64,000 bases of DNA from an uncultured Alphaproteobacteria bacterium (GCA_963760455.1 CAVXDM010000040.1:20015-84014); one strand, 5' to 3'; counted from the stretch's first letter, positions 50,804-61,621 are shown. Notes: generated by a model not told the origin, from the letters alone. Translations and numbers: made by a program.

Positions 50804-51393
50804 ATGGTGCGGCAGAACGGTCAGGACTTCTGGCGGCTGGTATTGTTCCTATCATGCGCTGACCCCGCCCGGCAAAGCAAACAGCCCGCCCGCGCAGCCT
50901 GCGGAAAGCCTTGCACAAGCCGGGCCGGGCCTTGGCAGTGACAGAAGATGTGGGGCGGGCGGCGCCAATCTGCCACAATCAAAAAGTGCGGCGGCGCGGA
51001 GGCGTCTCTTGTCCGTTACCTGCAGCCGTGCAGGTCAGTGCAGCGCCGGAACCCCCAGCCGCCCGCGGGATGAAGCTCGCGGCAGCGGTGCCGCCAAGTC
51101 ATGCAGCGCTCGCTTGCCTTTACGGTGCCGCTGGATACGGCGGACGCAGCCGGGGCGTGGGCTGGAAAAGCGGAGGCCGGGGCTGTGCCGGTAGCGAAGG
51201 CTGCGGCGGCAAGCGCCAGCCCAAAGCTTGCGGACATCGATCTGTGCATGAAATCTCTCTCTTATAGCCAGCCCTGAGCGCACACGCAGTGCAGGGATTG
51301 AGAAAACACTATGGCCGAACCGTGCGTTTCCCCGGAAATTCAAATTGGCTCCCGTTCCGGACGCGGCCGGCTGACGGGGGCATCCGGGTGTGC

Positions 51394-52404
51394 CTATCCA
51401 GCAATCGCCCCTTGGCCCGGATTGCGCAGGGTGCTGGTAGAGCCCGGAATATAGGCATCGAACGCCGCCCAGAACTGTTCGCGCAACTGGTCGCGCTCCT
51501 GCAACAGCTCATGCCGGGAGCCCGCCAGCACGATATGCGTGCAAGCCTTGGTGCTACTTGCGAAGCGCTCGATTGCCGGCGTCGATACGATGGTGTCGTT
51601 GCCCGACGCGACGATCAGGACCGGCACCTTGACGTTCTCCATGAAGGCCACGGAGTTGATCGCCTGGATGGAATTGGAAGCGGCCGACACCCAGCCGAAT
51701 GTTGGGGCTCCCAGGGCAAGGCGAGGGGCAGCCTGGACGGCCTCGCGGGCGCGCTCGAAGCGCAAGCGGTCGGAGGTCAGCTCGTTGCCATCGAAAAGCT
51801 GAGCCTCCGGCGCATAGGCTTGCCAGCCCGGGATATAGGTGTCGCCGAGGCCCAGGAAGGTCGCTACCTCGGCCATGGCGGAGACGGCCGCATTCTTGTT
51901 TTCGCTGCCGGCGAACGCGATCATGGGGGCGGTCAGGACGATCCGGTCCCACCAGCAGGCTTTGGTTTGGGCCAGGCGCAGCACGATATGCCCGCCCATC
52001 GAATGGGCGAGGCAATAGAACGGTGGCGGGCAATCGGGCAGCACAATCTCCGACATGAAGGTGACGATGTCGGCGTCGTATTGCGCAAAGTTCTCGACGT
52101 GACCCTTGAGCGGGTTCTTGAGCATGCGCGACGATCCGCCCTGGCCGCGCCAATCCATGGTGGCGACGGCAAAGCCGCGGCGGCGCAGGTCGGTGACAGT
52201 CTCAAAGTATTTTTCGATGAACTCGGTGCGGCCCTGAAACAGGCAGATTGTGCCAAGGCGGCGCGGGGCGGTGGTATCCCAGCGCGCATAGCGGATGGAG
52301 ACGCCGTCGCGGGCGGTGAAAGTGCCGGTCACGGCGCCGTTGGGCACCGGGTTGCGCGTAATCCCGATCAACTCCGTCTGTGCAGCCATCTTCGCTCCTG
52401 CCAT
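51394..52404 (-). CDS. Alpha/beta-hydrolase (lysophospholipase/monoacylglycerol-lipase-like).
   Basis: Intact ORF with the nucleophile elbow AHSMGG and hydrolase-4-like architecture. Confidence 0.75.
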   Translation of the reverse strand: MAGAKMAAQTELIGITRNPVPNGAVTGTFTARDGVSIRYARWDTTAPRRLGTICLFQGRTEFIEKYFETVTDLRRRGFAVATMDWRGQGGSSRMLKNPLKGHVENFAQYDADIVTFMSEIVLPDCPPPFYCLAHSMGGHIVLRLAQTKACWWDRIVLTAPMIAFAGSENKNAAVSAMAEVATFLGLGDTYIPGWQAYAPEAQLFDGNELTSDRLRFERAREAVQAAPRLALGAPTFGWVSAASNSIQAINSVAFMENVKVPVLIVASGNDTIVSTPAIERFASSTKACTHIVLAGSRHELLQERDQLREQFWAAFDAYIPGSTSTLRNPGQGAIAG

Positions 52405-52413
52405 TGCAGCTTG

Positions 52414-52507
52414 TCATCCCGGAAATGCGCTTGCGCTTTATCTGGGACCTTAAAGGGCGCCGGCGTTCCAGACGTCCCGGACAACGCCTCAAGCGTTCCA
52501 GGATGAC
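52414..52507. repeat. Family-2 palindromic repeat (variant).
   Basis: gtcatcccggaaatgcgcttgcgctttatctggga...gttccaggatgac. Confidence 0.7.
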
Positions 52508-52559
52508 GATAACGCGGCCTCAAAAAAAATCCTAAACCCCGCCGCGTTCGCGCTCAAGC

Positions 52560-52681
52560 ACCCCTTGAAACCGGGCGGTTCAGGGATAAATCAATGGGTG
52601 CAGGCCCCTTGCGGCTGCAAAGCATACTTACCTGGCCTTTAAGGCAGGTGCCAAATTCTCGCTTTTCGAAGGAGAACCACC
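52560..52681 (+). promoter_or_regulatory. Putative sigma32-type heat-shock promoter (CTTGAAA-N16-GATAAAT) and a structured 5'UTR (ROSE-like thermometer candidate) for hsp20.
   Basis: CTTGAAA at 52564. The leader of about 90 nt ends in the SD GAAGGAGAA. It is typical of rhizobial small-hsp genes. Confidence 0.35.
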
Positions 52682-53161
52682 ATGAGACGTCCAGACCTTA
52701 CTCCGCTGTATAAAACCACGATCGGCTTCGATCACCTCGCTTCTATTCTTGACCAGCTCTCAAGCCTCGATGCCGAAAACGGCTTCCCCCCCTATAACAT
52801 CGAGCGTCTTAGCGAGAACAGCTACCGGATTTCAATGGCCGTTGCTGGCTTTGGCGATAACGATCTGTCGCTTGAAGTCAAGGAAGGCACGCTGACCATC
52901 CGGGGTGAAAAGAAGGGCGAGGACAAGGTCCGCCAGTACATTCACCAGGGAATCGCCGCGCGCAACTTCGAGCGCCGCTTCCGCCTCGCCGAATATGTCG
53001 AGGTTTCGGGCGCGGCCCTTGAGCACGGCCTCCTGCATATCGACCTGAAGCGCGAGCTTCCTGAAGCGATGAAACCGCGCACGATCCAGATCACCAAGGG
53101 TACCCCCCCCTCCGCCCCGCGCGTGATCGAAGGAGAGAGCAAGGAAGTCCACGCTCACTAG
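52682..53161 (+). CDS. Hsp20/alpha-crystallin-family small heat-shock protein.
   Basis: An ACD domain (YNIERLSENSYRISMAVAGF...LEVKEGTLTIRGEKK...GIAARNFERRFRLAE). Confidence 0.85.
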   Translation: MRRPDLTPLYKTTIGFDHLASILDQLSSLDAENGFPPYNIERLSENSYRISMAVAGFGDNDLSLEVKEGTLTIRGEKKGEDKVRQYIHQGIAARNFERRFRLAEYVEVSGAALEHGLLHIDLKRELPEAMKPRTIQITKGTPPSAPRVIEGESKEVHAH

Positions 53162-53171
53162 GTCCTTGGCG

Positions 53172-53265
53172 CCGTCCCGGAAACGCCGATGGCGTTATCC
53201 GGGACCGTCACGGACACCGGCGCTTGTTGCGATCCCGGATAGCCATCAGCGGCTTCCGGGATGAC
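53172..53265. repeat. Family-2 palindromic repeat.
   Basis: cgtcccggaaacgccgatggcgttatccgggacc...gatcccggatagccatcagcggcttccgggatgacg. Confidence 0.8.
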
Positions 53266-53277
53266 GCTGGCGCCACT

Positions 53278-54526
53278 TTAGCGCTTGAGGGCGGGCGAAA
53301 GCCTGCCCTTCTTGCTGCCGCCGCGCTGGAACAGGCCTGCGATCTCCACATGCGCCGAGAACCGGAACTGGTCGAACGCGGCCAGGCGCGTGAGGCGGAA
53401 CCCGCCGCCGGTCAGGATCGCGGCGTCGCGGGCGAAACTTGCCGGATTGCAAGAAAGCATGACTACGGTGGCCGCCTTGGAGGACGCCAGTGCGCGCGTC
53501 TGCGCCTCTGCGCCTTCGCGTGGCGGATCGACGATGACGCTCGCGAACTTGTTCAGCTCCAGCGGCCCGAGCGGGTTCCGGTAGAGGTCGCGGCGGATCG
53601 CGGAGACGGCTTTCAGGCCCTTGGCCCGCTTGGCTGCGGTGGCCAGCGCGGCCACTGCGCCTCGATTTTCCTCGTAAGCCGTGACCGGCGCCAGCCTTGC
53701 CGCCGGGAAGGTGAAGGCGCCCAGCCCCGCGAAGAGATCGCAAACCGGGCCGGCCGGCTTTGCGTTGCCCAGCGCGCTCAGCACCCAATCCGCCATGTCC
53801 CGCTCGCAAGGCTCGACGGCCTGCAGGAACGCGCCAAGCGGCAGCATTACCCCGATGCCGCCGCATGAAACGAATGGAGCCGCGGCAAGCAGCACGAGAT
53901 CCCTGTTCCATGTGGCCCGGATGACGCCGGCCGCGCCAAGGATATCGATCACCGCCGGGTTGGCGGAAGCCCGCAATGCGGGGCCGTCGATGGCACAATC
54001 GAGGCCGTTGGCCGCCGCCGTGATGGAGACTTTCGCCTCGCTCTTGGCCGGCAGGACGGCGCGCAACACCGCTCGCAAGTGCGGCAGGGCTTGCACGATC
54101 TGCGGCAGCAGGACCGGGCACTCCTCCAGATCCACCACGTCGTGGGTGCGCGCGGCGTTGTATCCGAGGACGAGGTTGCCGTCTGCATTGCGGGCAGTGA
54201 AGGTGGCGCGGCGGCGGCTCGACACCGGATAGCTCCGCAGCGGCTCGATGGGCGCACCGATCCCGGCCCGCGCCAGCGCGGACGTCACAAGCCCTTGTTT
54301 CCACGCCTATATACGGGGACTCTGCCCAATGCTGCAGGGCGCATCCCCCGCAAGTACCGAAGTGTTTGCAGAGCGGTTCGGCGCGTTCGGGCGACGGCGC
54401 CTCGATTTTCCGGAGCACAGGCTTTTGCCCCAGAAACTCGACGCGGACTTGCTCTCCCGGCAAAGTGAAGGGGACAAAGTGCTTCTCACCGTGGATATGC
54501 GCGATGCCATGCCCCTGCGCGCCCAT
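53278..54526 (-). CDS. rlmD: 23S rRNA (uracil-5)-methyltransferase RlmD/RumA-like (TRAM domain plus 4Fe-4S plus class-I MTase). One frame break near 54290.
   Basis: The N-terminus in the 54526 frame has a TRAM domain and CKHFGTCGGCALQH. The methyltransferase core is in the 54288 frame (VCDLFAGLGAFTFP, ...VIVDPPREG, ...VMLSCNPASFARD). Confidence 0.75.
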
Positions 54527-54574
54527 GGACTTCGATCGTTGCCGGGCTCGGGAGCCGTATCGCTTGGGGGAGGG

Positions 54575-55300
54575 TTAGGCATTGCGGATTGCGCCAACGA
54601 GCGTTTCTTCATTACCGTCCTGGCCAAGAATTGGGGAGCGAACCGTTCCGCGAACGGTCCAGCCGGCCTCTTCTATGTACGCCAGGACGCTCGCGATTGC
54701 TCTCTCTTTCGCCGCCTCGTCCTTGACGATGCCGCCTTTTCCAACGGCGCCGCGCCCCACCTCGAACTGCGGTTTGATCAATGCCGCGAGCCAAGCGCCC
54801 CGCCCTGCGAGGGGAAGCACGGCGGGCAGGACCTTGAGCAGGGAGATGAAGCTGACATCGCAGACGACGGCACCGGGCGGGGCGGGAAACATTGCAGCGG
54901 TGAGCGACCTGGCATCGGTCGATTCCAGCGAGGTGACTTTGGGATTAGCACGGAGCGAACCGTGGAGTTGAGCGCGGCCGACATCGACGGCAAAAACCTG
55001 GGCCGCGCCGCGCTCCAAAAGAACCTCGGTAAACCCGCCCGTGGAGGCGCCCACGTCCAGGCAAACGCGATCCGTGGCCAGGAAGCCGAAAGTGTCGAGC
55101 GCCGCCCTGAGCTTCCAGGCGCTGCGCGCGACATAGCGTTCAGTTTCCAGCACTTGCACGCGCTCATCGGCCGCTACCTCAAGCCCCGCCTTGAGCGCGG
55201 GCACGCCGCCCACGCGGACCGCGCCCCGCCTAATCAAATCCTGCGCTTTCGACCGCGTGCTGACCAATCCGCGCTGCACCAGGAGCCGGTCAAGTCTCAT
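54575..55300 (-). CDS. tlyA: TlyA-family rRNA 2'-O-methyltransferase (hemolysin A-like).
   Basis: MRLDRLLVQRGLVSTRSKAQDLIRRGAVRV is an S4 domain. An FtsJ-like MTase follows (LDVGASTGGFTEVLLERGA). Confidence 0.8.
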   Translation of the reverse strand: MRLDRLLVQRGLVSTRSKAQDLIRRGAVRVGGVPALKAGLEVAADERVQVLETERYVARSAWKLRAALDTFGFLATDRVCLDVGASTGGFTEVLLERGAAQVFAVDVGRAQLHGSLRANPKVTSLESTDARSLTAAMFPAPPGAVVCDVSFISLLKVLPAVLPLAGRGAWLAALIKPQFEVGRGAVGKGGIVKDEAAKERAIASVLAYIEEAGWTVRGTVRSPILGQDGNEETLVGAIRNA

Positions 55301-55569
55301 TTTCACAGCTAAATTTCCACCGTTACAAAGAGGCTCAATATCTATGTTGCAAAAGATCAGTTTTGTGCAATCATCCCTTTTCTGTGTTGCATGGGGCAAC
55401 CGGCACAAGCGCGTTTTCCCAAACGAAGGATGTTGAAAAAACACATGTGAGAGAGGACTGCCTCCTTCGCGGCCGGGGCCGCACAGAAGGCCGTGAGCAA
55501 ATTCTGGCGCATGCGCCGCCAAGCCTCAAAAATGCAAAATCAACCTCACATTCATTGGGATTTAACGAT

Positions 55570-55984
55570 CATGATGCTTGTCCGCACCTATCTCTCAGGC
55601 AGCACAATCGAGGGAGTAGGCGTATTCGCAGCCGAGCCTATCAAAGCCGGCGATGTTATCTGGCGTCTCGAACCGGGCTTCGATGTGCTTGTCACCAGTC
55701 AAGAGATCGAAAACTGGCCCGCGCATATGGACGATTTTCTGGACCGGTATTGCTACCCCCACAGAGAGATACCGGATACCTGGGTTCTTGAACTCGACAA
55801 CGGCCGCTTCATGAACCACTCGGAGTCCGCAAATACGAATTTCGAGGAGTTTCATGCAGGGTACGCGACGCGGGACATCGCTCCCGGAGAGGAACTGACC
55901 TGCAATTACTTCGACTTCGATATTAATTTCAGGGGCAACTTCTCTGCTGCCAAGGATGTACCGGCGTCATTGGCGGTGCGGTAG
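55570..55984 (+). CDS. SET-domain protein (putative protein-lysine methyltransferase), paralog 1.
   Basis: EGVGVFAAEPIKAGDVIW ... RFMNHSESANT ... GEELTCNYFDFD are the SET core motifs (NHS, ELTxxY). Locally lower GC. Confidence 0.7.
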
Positions 55985-56151
55985 CTCGTTCGTTCAGTCA
56001 TGGCAACCTTCCGCTCATTGCGGAAGGTGCTTTTGTTTCTGGGGGTGTAAACCGCAACGGAGTTGGTCTTTACAGCGGAGCCTTGCACCATTGGGCTCGC
56101 GGCAATGCTCATCAGAATCAGGTCACCGGAAGCTTCAAGCGCTGCGGTATG

Positions 56152-56580
56152 CTATTCGCTTTCGCTGCCGGAAACGTAGTTCGTCCGTGAGCTTGTAAAC
56201 TTGTACGAGAAGTCGGCGTCGAAGCTGCGGTAGTCGCAGGTGATTTCCTCCCCCTCTTGAATGTCCCGAGTGGCGACATCGATACCGAAAGGGTTTCCTT
56301 CGGGATAAACGCCGGTGGTATTCGGGTCTTCGGAGTGATTTTCAAATCTCGCGTCGTCTGCGCACAGGACGTACTTACCGTTCTCCTGGTCGTAGTAGGC
56401 GTAGCGCCTGCAGATGTCTTGCGTTATTTCCGGAAGCTTTTCTATTTCGGCGGTATCGAATAACGCATCCACACCTGGAACGAACTGCCACACTATAGTT
56501 CCCTTGGGAATGTGCTGGCCCGCGAAAAGCCCCAAGCCTTCAATGGCGCTCGGTGCAAGAATAGTTTTTACGACCAACAT
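56152..56580 (-). CDS. SET-domain protein, paralog 2 (convergent with paralog 1).
   Basis: EGLGLFAGQHIPKGTIVW ... RFENHSEDPNT ... GEEITCDYRSFD. It is about 40% identical to paralog 1. Confidence 0.7.
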   Translation of the reverse strand: MLVVKTILAPSAIEGLGLFAGQHIPKGTIVWQFVPGVDALFDTAEIEKLPEITQDICRRYAYYDQENGKYVLCADDARFENHSEDPNTTGVYPEGNPFGIDVATRDIQEGEEITCDYRSFDADFSYKFTSSRTNYVSGSESE

Positions 56581-56914
56581 AATTGCTTCTCATCCTTGCG
56601 TGCGTTCTTTGAGGGCCGGAGGCGCGTTCCTGCGGCGCAACTTTCGAGGCCACGAAAACCGGCTTGTATGTCGCCGGAGCCGAGCCATATATCGCGCCCC
56701 GTTTTTTGGGGGTCAATAGAAAGTATAGCAGGCCGGCAGGCGGCTGTGCGAGCCTGTTATGGCTTGTTTCGGTGGGATTGCGGCTGCGATTGCCCGGGGG
56801 AGAAAAAAACGTTTGGCAAGCGGGCTCGCAGGGCCTATCTTATAGTCGTTGTGAGCATAAGCGGTAGGCCCCGGCTCTAAGTAGGGAGGGACTGGGGTTA
56901 TGTGCGGGCGATAG

Positions 56915-56935
56915 TTATGCTCAAGTGGAGCATAA
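56915..56935 (+). promoter_or_regulatory. 21-bp palindrome TTATGCTCaagtgGAGCATAA upstream of nadA (candidate NadQ/NrtR-type operator of the nadABC operon).
   Basis: A perfect 8-bp inverted repeat with a 5-bp spacer, 53 bp upstream of the nadA ATG. Confidence 0.35.
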
Positions 56936-56987
56936 TGCGGCAAAGCCAAAGCATAAAGCGGTGAGGCCAAAAAGGGAGCGCAACAAA

Positions 56988-58079
56988 ATGGCATTCGTCG
57001 ACAGTGGAATTGAACCGGTCCGGCGACCGAAGCAGGGCGCGGTGACATGGGAGGCGCGCGAGCGCGGGCCAGCGCAGCCGGGCTTCGACGCCGCCTTCGT
57101 GCGCGAAGCGATCCGCGAGTTGAAGCCGCTTTATGCACGCCTGGAGCGCGTGATTCCGCCGCTCGAATGGGCCGGCCACGCTCCCTACATCAAGGCGATC
57201 CGCGAGCTGAAGCGTGAGCGCAATGCCGTGATCCTGGCGCATAACTACATGACGCCGGAGATTTTCCATGGCGTGGGCGACATCCTGGGCGACAGCCTGC
57301 AACTCGCCAAGGAGGCGGCGAAGACGGACGCGGATGTGATCGTGCAGTGCGGCGTTCACTTCATGGCCGAGACGGCCAAGCTGATGAACCCCGGCAAAAC
57401 CGTGCTGATCCCGGACCCGCTGGCGGGCTGCTCGCTTGCATCCTCGGTGACGCCGGAGGATGTCCGCGCGCTCAGGGCCGCGTATCCCGGCGTGCCAGTC
57501 GTGACTTACGTGAACACCAGCGCCGCGGTAAAGGCCGAGTGCGATATCTGCTGCACGTCGGCGAACGCGGTGAAGGTGGTGGAGAGCCTGGGAAGCCCGC
57601 GCGTGCTGCTCATCCCGGATCGGTATCTGGCGGCCTATGTGGCGTCGCAGACGAAGGTGGAGATTATTTCCTGGAAGGGCTCCTGCGAGGTGCACGAGCG
57701 GTTTACGGGCGAGGAACTGCGCGGCTACCGCGAGGCTGAGCCCGGCATCCAGATCCTGGCGCATCCCGAGTGCCCGCCGGACGTAATCGCGGAGGCCGAT
57801 TATACCGGCTCGACCGCAGGCATGATTAAGTGGGTGAAGGACAAGAAACCGGCCCGGGTGGTGCTGGTAACGGAATGCTCGATGGCCTCGAATGTCGCGG
57901 CCGAGGCGCCGGATACCAACTTTACGCGGCCTTGCAATATGTGCCCGCATATGAAACGGATTTCGCTGCCGAAAATATTGGACAGCCTCGTCACCATGAA
58001 AGAAGAGGTGAGGGTCGATCCGGAGGTTGAAGTGCGGGCGCGGCTGGCGGTGGAGCGGATGGTGAACCTGCCGGTTTGA
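56988..58079 (+). CDS. nadA: Quinolinate synthase A.
   Basis: Intact ORF with the NadA three-repeat architecture and Fe-S cysteines (CDICCTS..., ...ECSMA..., CNMCPHM). Confidence 0.9.
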   Translation: MAFVDSGIEPVRRPKQGAVTWEARERGPAQPGFDAAFVREAIRELKPLYARLERVIPPLEWAGHAPYIKAIRELKRERNAVILAHNYMTPEIFHGVGDILGDSLQLAKEAAKTDADVIVQCGVHFMAETAKLMNPGKTVLIPDPLAGCSLASSVTPEDVRALRAAYPGVPVVTYVNTSAAVKAECDICCTSANAVKVVESLGSPRVLLIPDRYLAAYVASQTKVEIISWKGSCEVHERFTGEELRGYREAEPGIQILAHPECPPDVIAEADYTGSTAGMIKWVKDKKPARVVLVTECSMASNVAAEAPDTNFTRPCNMCPHMKRISLPKILDSLVTMKEEVRVDPEVEVRARLAVERMVNLPV

Positions 58080-58100
58080 TTTCGCTTGCGGGGTTCCGGC

Positions 58101-58212
58101 CGTCGTCCCGGAAACGCCAAGGGCGTTGTCCGGGATCGTAATGGGCGCCGGCGTTTGCGGCGATCCCGCGTCCGCGCGGCAGCGTTTCCTGCCGGCGCGC
58201 GCGCTGGATGAC
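58101..58212. repeat. Family-2 palindromic repeat between nadA and nadB.
   Basis: cgtcgtcccggaaacgccaagggcgttgtccgggatcg...ctggatgacg. Confidence 0.75.
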
Positions 58213-58304
58213 GCCAACGGGCCGCGCCGGACTGGGTTTCGTGCCAAGTGGCCCCGCTGGTTCCCGGAGGCGCGTGGCGCGGTGTTTGGAGCGGGGAGAA
58301 AACC

Positions 58305-59950
58305 ATGGGCGGACCTTCGATTGCACAGCCGTTGAAGTTTCTGCGCCGCGCCGGGCCGCATCGCGTGCTGGTCGTCGGCGGCGGCCTGGCGGGGCTGTTT
58401 ACGGCGCTGAAGCTGGCGCCGCTGCCGGTCACGGTGCTGAGCCCCAAGCCGCTGGGCGAAGGCGCTTCCTCGACCTGGGCGCAGGGCGGTATCGCGGCGG
58501 CAATAGGCGAGGGCGATTCGGCGGAGGCTCACGCGGCCGATACGATCGCGGCGGGCGCTGGACTGACCGATCCGGACATCGCCCGCATCCTCACGGACGA
58601 GGCCGGGCAGCGTATCCAAGACCTCCTGAGCTACGGCGTGCCCTTCGACCGCGACGGCGAAGGCAAGCCGCGCCTGTCGCAAGAGGCGGCGCATAGCGCA
58701 CGTCGGATCGTGCGCGTCAACGGCGACCGGGCGGGCAAGGCCGTGATGGCCTCGCTGATCGCCGCAGTGGCCGCAACGCCTTCCATCTCCGTGCTCGAAA
58801 ACACCGAAGCCGTTGAACTGGTCCAGGAAAAGGGCCGCGTCAGGGGCGTCTATGTGCGGCGGACGGGCGAGGCCGGGCCTGCCACCTTTCTGCCGGGCTG
58901 CGCGGTTGTACTCGCGGCAGGCGGCATCGGCGCGCTTTACCGGGTCACGACCAACCCCAAGGAGGCGGCTGGCAGCGGCCTTGCCATGGCGGCGCGCGCG
59001 GGCGCGATTATCGCCGATCCTGAGTTCGTGCAGTTCCACCCGACCGCGTTCGACATCGGGCGCGATCCGGCTCCGCTGCTGTCGGAGGCGATCCGGGGCG
59101 ATGGCGCGCTCTTGGTGAACGGCAGCGGCTGGCGGTTCATGCCGGCGGTGCATCCGCGCGCCGAGCTGGCCCCCCGCGACGTTGTGGCCCGCGCCGTGCA
59201 CCGCGAAATCGCGGAAGGCCGGGGCGCTTTTCTCGATTGCCGCGCCTTGCCGATGGAGACGGCGTTTCCCACGGCCTACGAGGTTTGCGGCGAGGTTGGG
59301 CTGGACCCTGCGCGGGAGCCGATCCCGATTGCGCCTGCCGCGCATTACCACATGGGCGGCGTGCTCACCGACGCGAACGGGCGCACTTCGCTGACGGGGC
59401 TTTGGGCCTGCGGCGAGGCGGCCTGTACCGGCGTTCACGGCGCAAACAGGCTCGCCTCCAACTCGCTTCTGGAGGCGGTGGTCTTTGCCGCCCGCGTCGC
59501 CCTCGACGTCGCGGCGGAGGAGCCGCACTGGCGGGCGCTGGGCGAGGAGACGGTCGCGGCTGGCGAGACCGCCGAGCTGCCGGGCGAGGACGCGGCAAAG
59601 ACCGGAGATGCTGTGCAGCGCCTGCGCGAGACCATGGCGCGGCATGTGGGCGTGGAGCGGTCCGGGAGTCGCTGCTCGCCGCGCTTGCCACGCTCAAGGA
59701 GCTGGATGGCGAGGCCGCGGGGCCGAAGCTTCGGGGCATGATCGATGCCGCGCTGCTCATTACCGCCGGCGCTTACGCCAGGAAGGAAAGCCGCGGCGCG
59801 CATCGCAGGCTGGATTATCCGGAGACCGTGGAGCCGGCCCGGCATACCTATTTGACGCTCGGCGAGGCGCGTAAGGTTATGGAGGCCGCGACGGGCGGCG
59901 GGCAGCAGGAGCGCGGCGCTGGACTCCAGGATCTCCGGGAGGCTGTGTAG
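58305..59950 (+). CDS. nadB: L-aspartate oxidase (one frame break near 59650).
   Basis: [11 protein letters not shown] Rossmann fold, ...HYHMGGV..., and ...[14 protein letters not shown] in the second frame. Confidence 0.85.
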
Positions 59951-59977
59951 GGCCGGGCGTGGTGGATAAATTCGAAG

Positions 59978-60089
59978 CGTCGCTCCCCTCATCCTGCCCT
60001 TCTCCCCCTGGGAGAAGGGACGCCTGAACAGCGCTTTGAGCATGCGTGCCCTCTCCCAGGGGGAGAGGGGCAGGGTGAGGGGAGCGACG
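59978..60089. repeat. Family-1 GC-rich palindromic repeat between nadB and nadC.
   Basis: cgtcgctcccctcatcctgcccttctcccc...ggggagaggggcagggtgaggggagcgacg, with perfect 30-bp arms. Confidence 0.85.
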
Positions 60090-60118
60090 CTAGTTTGTTC
60101 CGATAAAGCGGAGACGCA

Positions 60119-60985
60119 ATGACCCTTCTCGAAACAGGACTGCAATTTCCCCATCACCTCGTGGCGGAGACCGTGCGCGCTGCGCTGGCGGAGGATCTGG
60201 GCCTCGCCGGCGACATCACCACCAACGCGCTGATCCCGGCGGATGCGGTTTGCGAGGCAACCCTTGGCTTGCGCGAGGAGGGCCGCATCGCGGGCCTGCC
60301 GCTGGCGGTTGCGGCGTTCCGGGCGCTCGATCCTGAGATGGCGGTCGAGGCGCGCGTAGAGGAAGGCGCCATGGCCGGGGCGGGAACCGCGATTGCGCGG
60401 GTCTCCGGCAAGACGCGGGCGATCCTTTCGGCGGAGCGGGTGGCGCTGAACCTGGTGCAGCACCTGAGCGGTGTTGCGACCGCGACGCACCATTTCGTCG
60501 AGGCGGTGGCGGGCACGGGCGCGAAAATCGTCTGTACACGGAAGACGACGCCCGGCCTGCGCGCCTTCGAGAAATACGCGGTGCGTGCGGGCGGCGGGGC
60601 CAACCACCGCTTCGGCCTGTTCGACGCGGTGCTCATCAAGGACAACCACATCGCGGCGGCGGGCAGCGTGGCGGCGGCGATAGAGCGGGCGCGGGCGGCG
60701 GTGGGCCACATGGTCAAGATCGAGGTCGAGGTGGACACGCTGGCCCAACTCGAAGAGGCGCTGGCCCACCAAATCGACGCGGTTCTGCTCGACAACATGG
60801 CGGTGCCAGAGCTTAAGAACGCGGTGGCGCTCGCGAAAACGGCGCGGCCGGGCATCCTCTGCGAGGCGTCGGGCGGGGTGCGGCTGGTGACGGTGCGCGC
60901 CATCGCGGAGACGGGCGTCGACATGATCTCGGTGGGCGCGCTCACCCATTCGGTGAAGGCGCTCGATATCGGGCTCGATTTCTGA
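60119..60985 (+). CDS. nadC: Nicotinate-nucleotide pyrophosphorylase (carboxylating).
   Basis: Intact 288-aa ORF of the QPRTase family. Confidence 0.85.
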   Translation: MTLLETGLQFPHHLVAETVRAALAEDLGLAGDITTNALIPADAVCEATLGLREEGRIAGLPLAVAAFRALDPEMAVEARVEEGAMAGAGTAIARVSGKTRAILSAERVALNLVQHLSGVATATHHFVEAVAGTGAKIVCTRKTTPGLRAFEKYAVRAGGGANHRFGLFDAVLIKDNHIAAAGSVAAAIERARAAVGHMVKIEVEVDTLAQLEEALAHQIDAVLLDNMAVPELKNAVALAKTARPGILCEASGGVRLVTVRAIAETGVDMISVGALTHSVKALDIGLDF

Positions 60986-61169
60986 GCCTGGCCGTGGCGC
61001 CAAGTAACCGAATGTTAACGCTGTTTTTGGCCCTTCCGGCTCGATTGACATCGCCTTTCGATGTTCAAACAGTATAGCGCATTCGCCTTAAGGAAAAATT
61101 TAGCGGAATGGAAGTTCCGTAAGGCTTTGGTATTGTTGCTAGTTGTGTTGATGCGTTGTTGCTGCAGGC

Positions 61170-61350
61170 CCTGAAGTTTACTCGATTTTCAGGTTAAATG
61201 CTAACTTGAAATATATTTAACGGGGTTTTTGAAATGCAGAAAACGGCCCAAAACGAGCAAAATAACGCAAAAAGTGACGTGTATAAAATACCGGGTGCTG
61301 GCGTTTACCATGCCTGCGTTAAACCTGTTGCGACCGTAGCCCGCGTTTAG
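61170..61350 (-). repeat. AT-rich element copy C (inverted orientation, shorter variant).
   Basis: The reverse complement contains ggtaaacgc ... ctttttgcg ... aaaaaccccgttaaatata ... ctgaaaatcg, matching copies A and B but lacking about 120 bp of the middle. Confidence 0.55.
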
Positions 61351-61621
61351 CGTCCGTCAACGGTTCATACGCCGCCGTTTCGCGCCCGGGAAACTGCATT
61401 GCCTTGCTGGGGTGCCTGCGCCGGTCCTGATATATCTTTGCGGGTATATTCGCTTTCGATAGGCGATTTCCATGCGCGTATTTTTTGTGGCTATCGCGCT
61501 GGCGTTTGTCTCCCGCGGCGCTGCTTTCGCAGACCGTGTGCCGCGGGGTGGCCGGATTTCCGCCTTTTTGCCCGTGCTAACATCCACTTACTTTGCGGGC
61601 ATTCTGGGGAAGGGGAGTTGC

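Noticed and set aside
56898-59645. 915-aa minus-strand ORF, with similar long antisense ORFs at 59435..61051, 20964..22616, 9069..10280, 10912..12144, 5786..7057, 30692..31933, 40945..41994, 42019..42936, 51289..52506 and 61676..62932.
   Set aside because: These are high-GC shadow ORFs opposite nadA/nadB, nadC, YcaO, the sensor kinase, hypD, the flotillin, coxB/coxA, the hydrolase and the TPR-caspase. They have Arg/Ala/Gly/Pro-biased composition and no domains. The sense genes are unambiguous.
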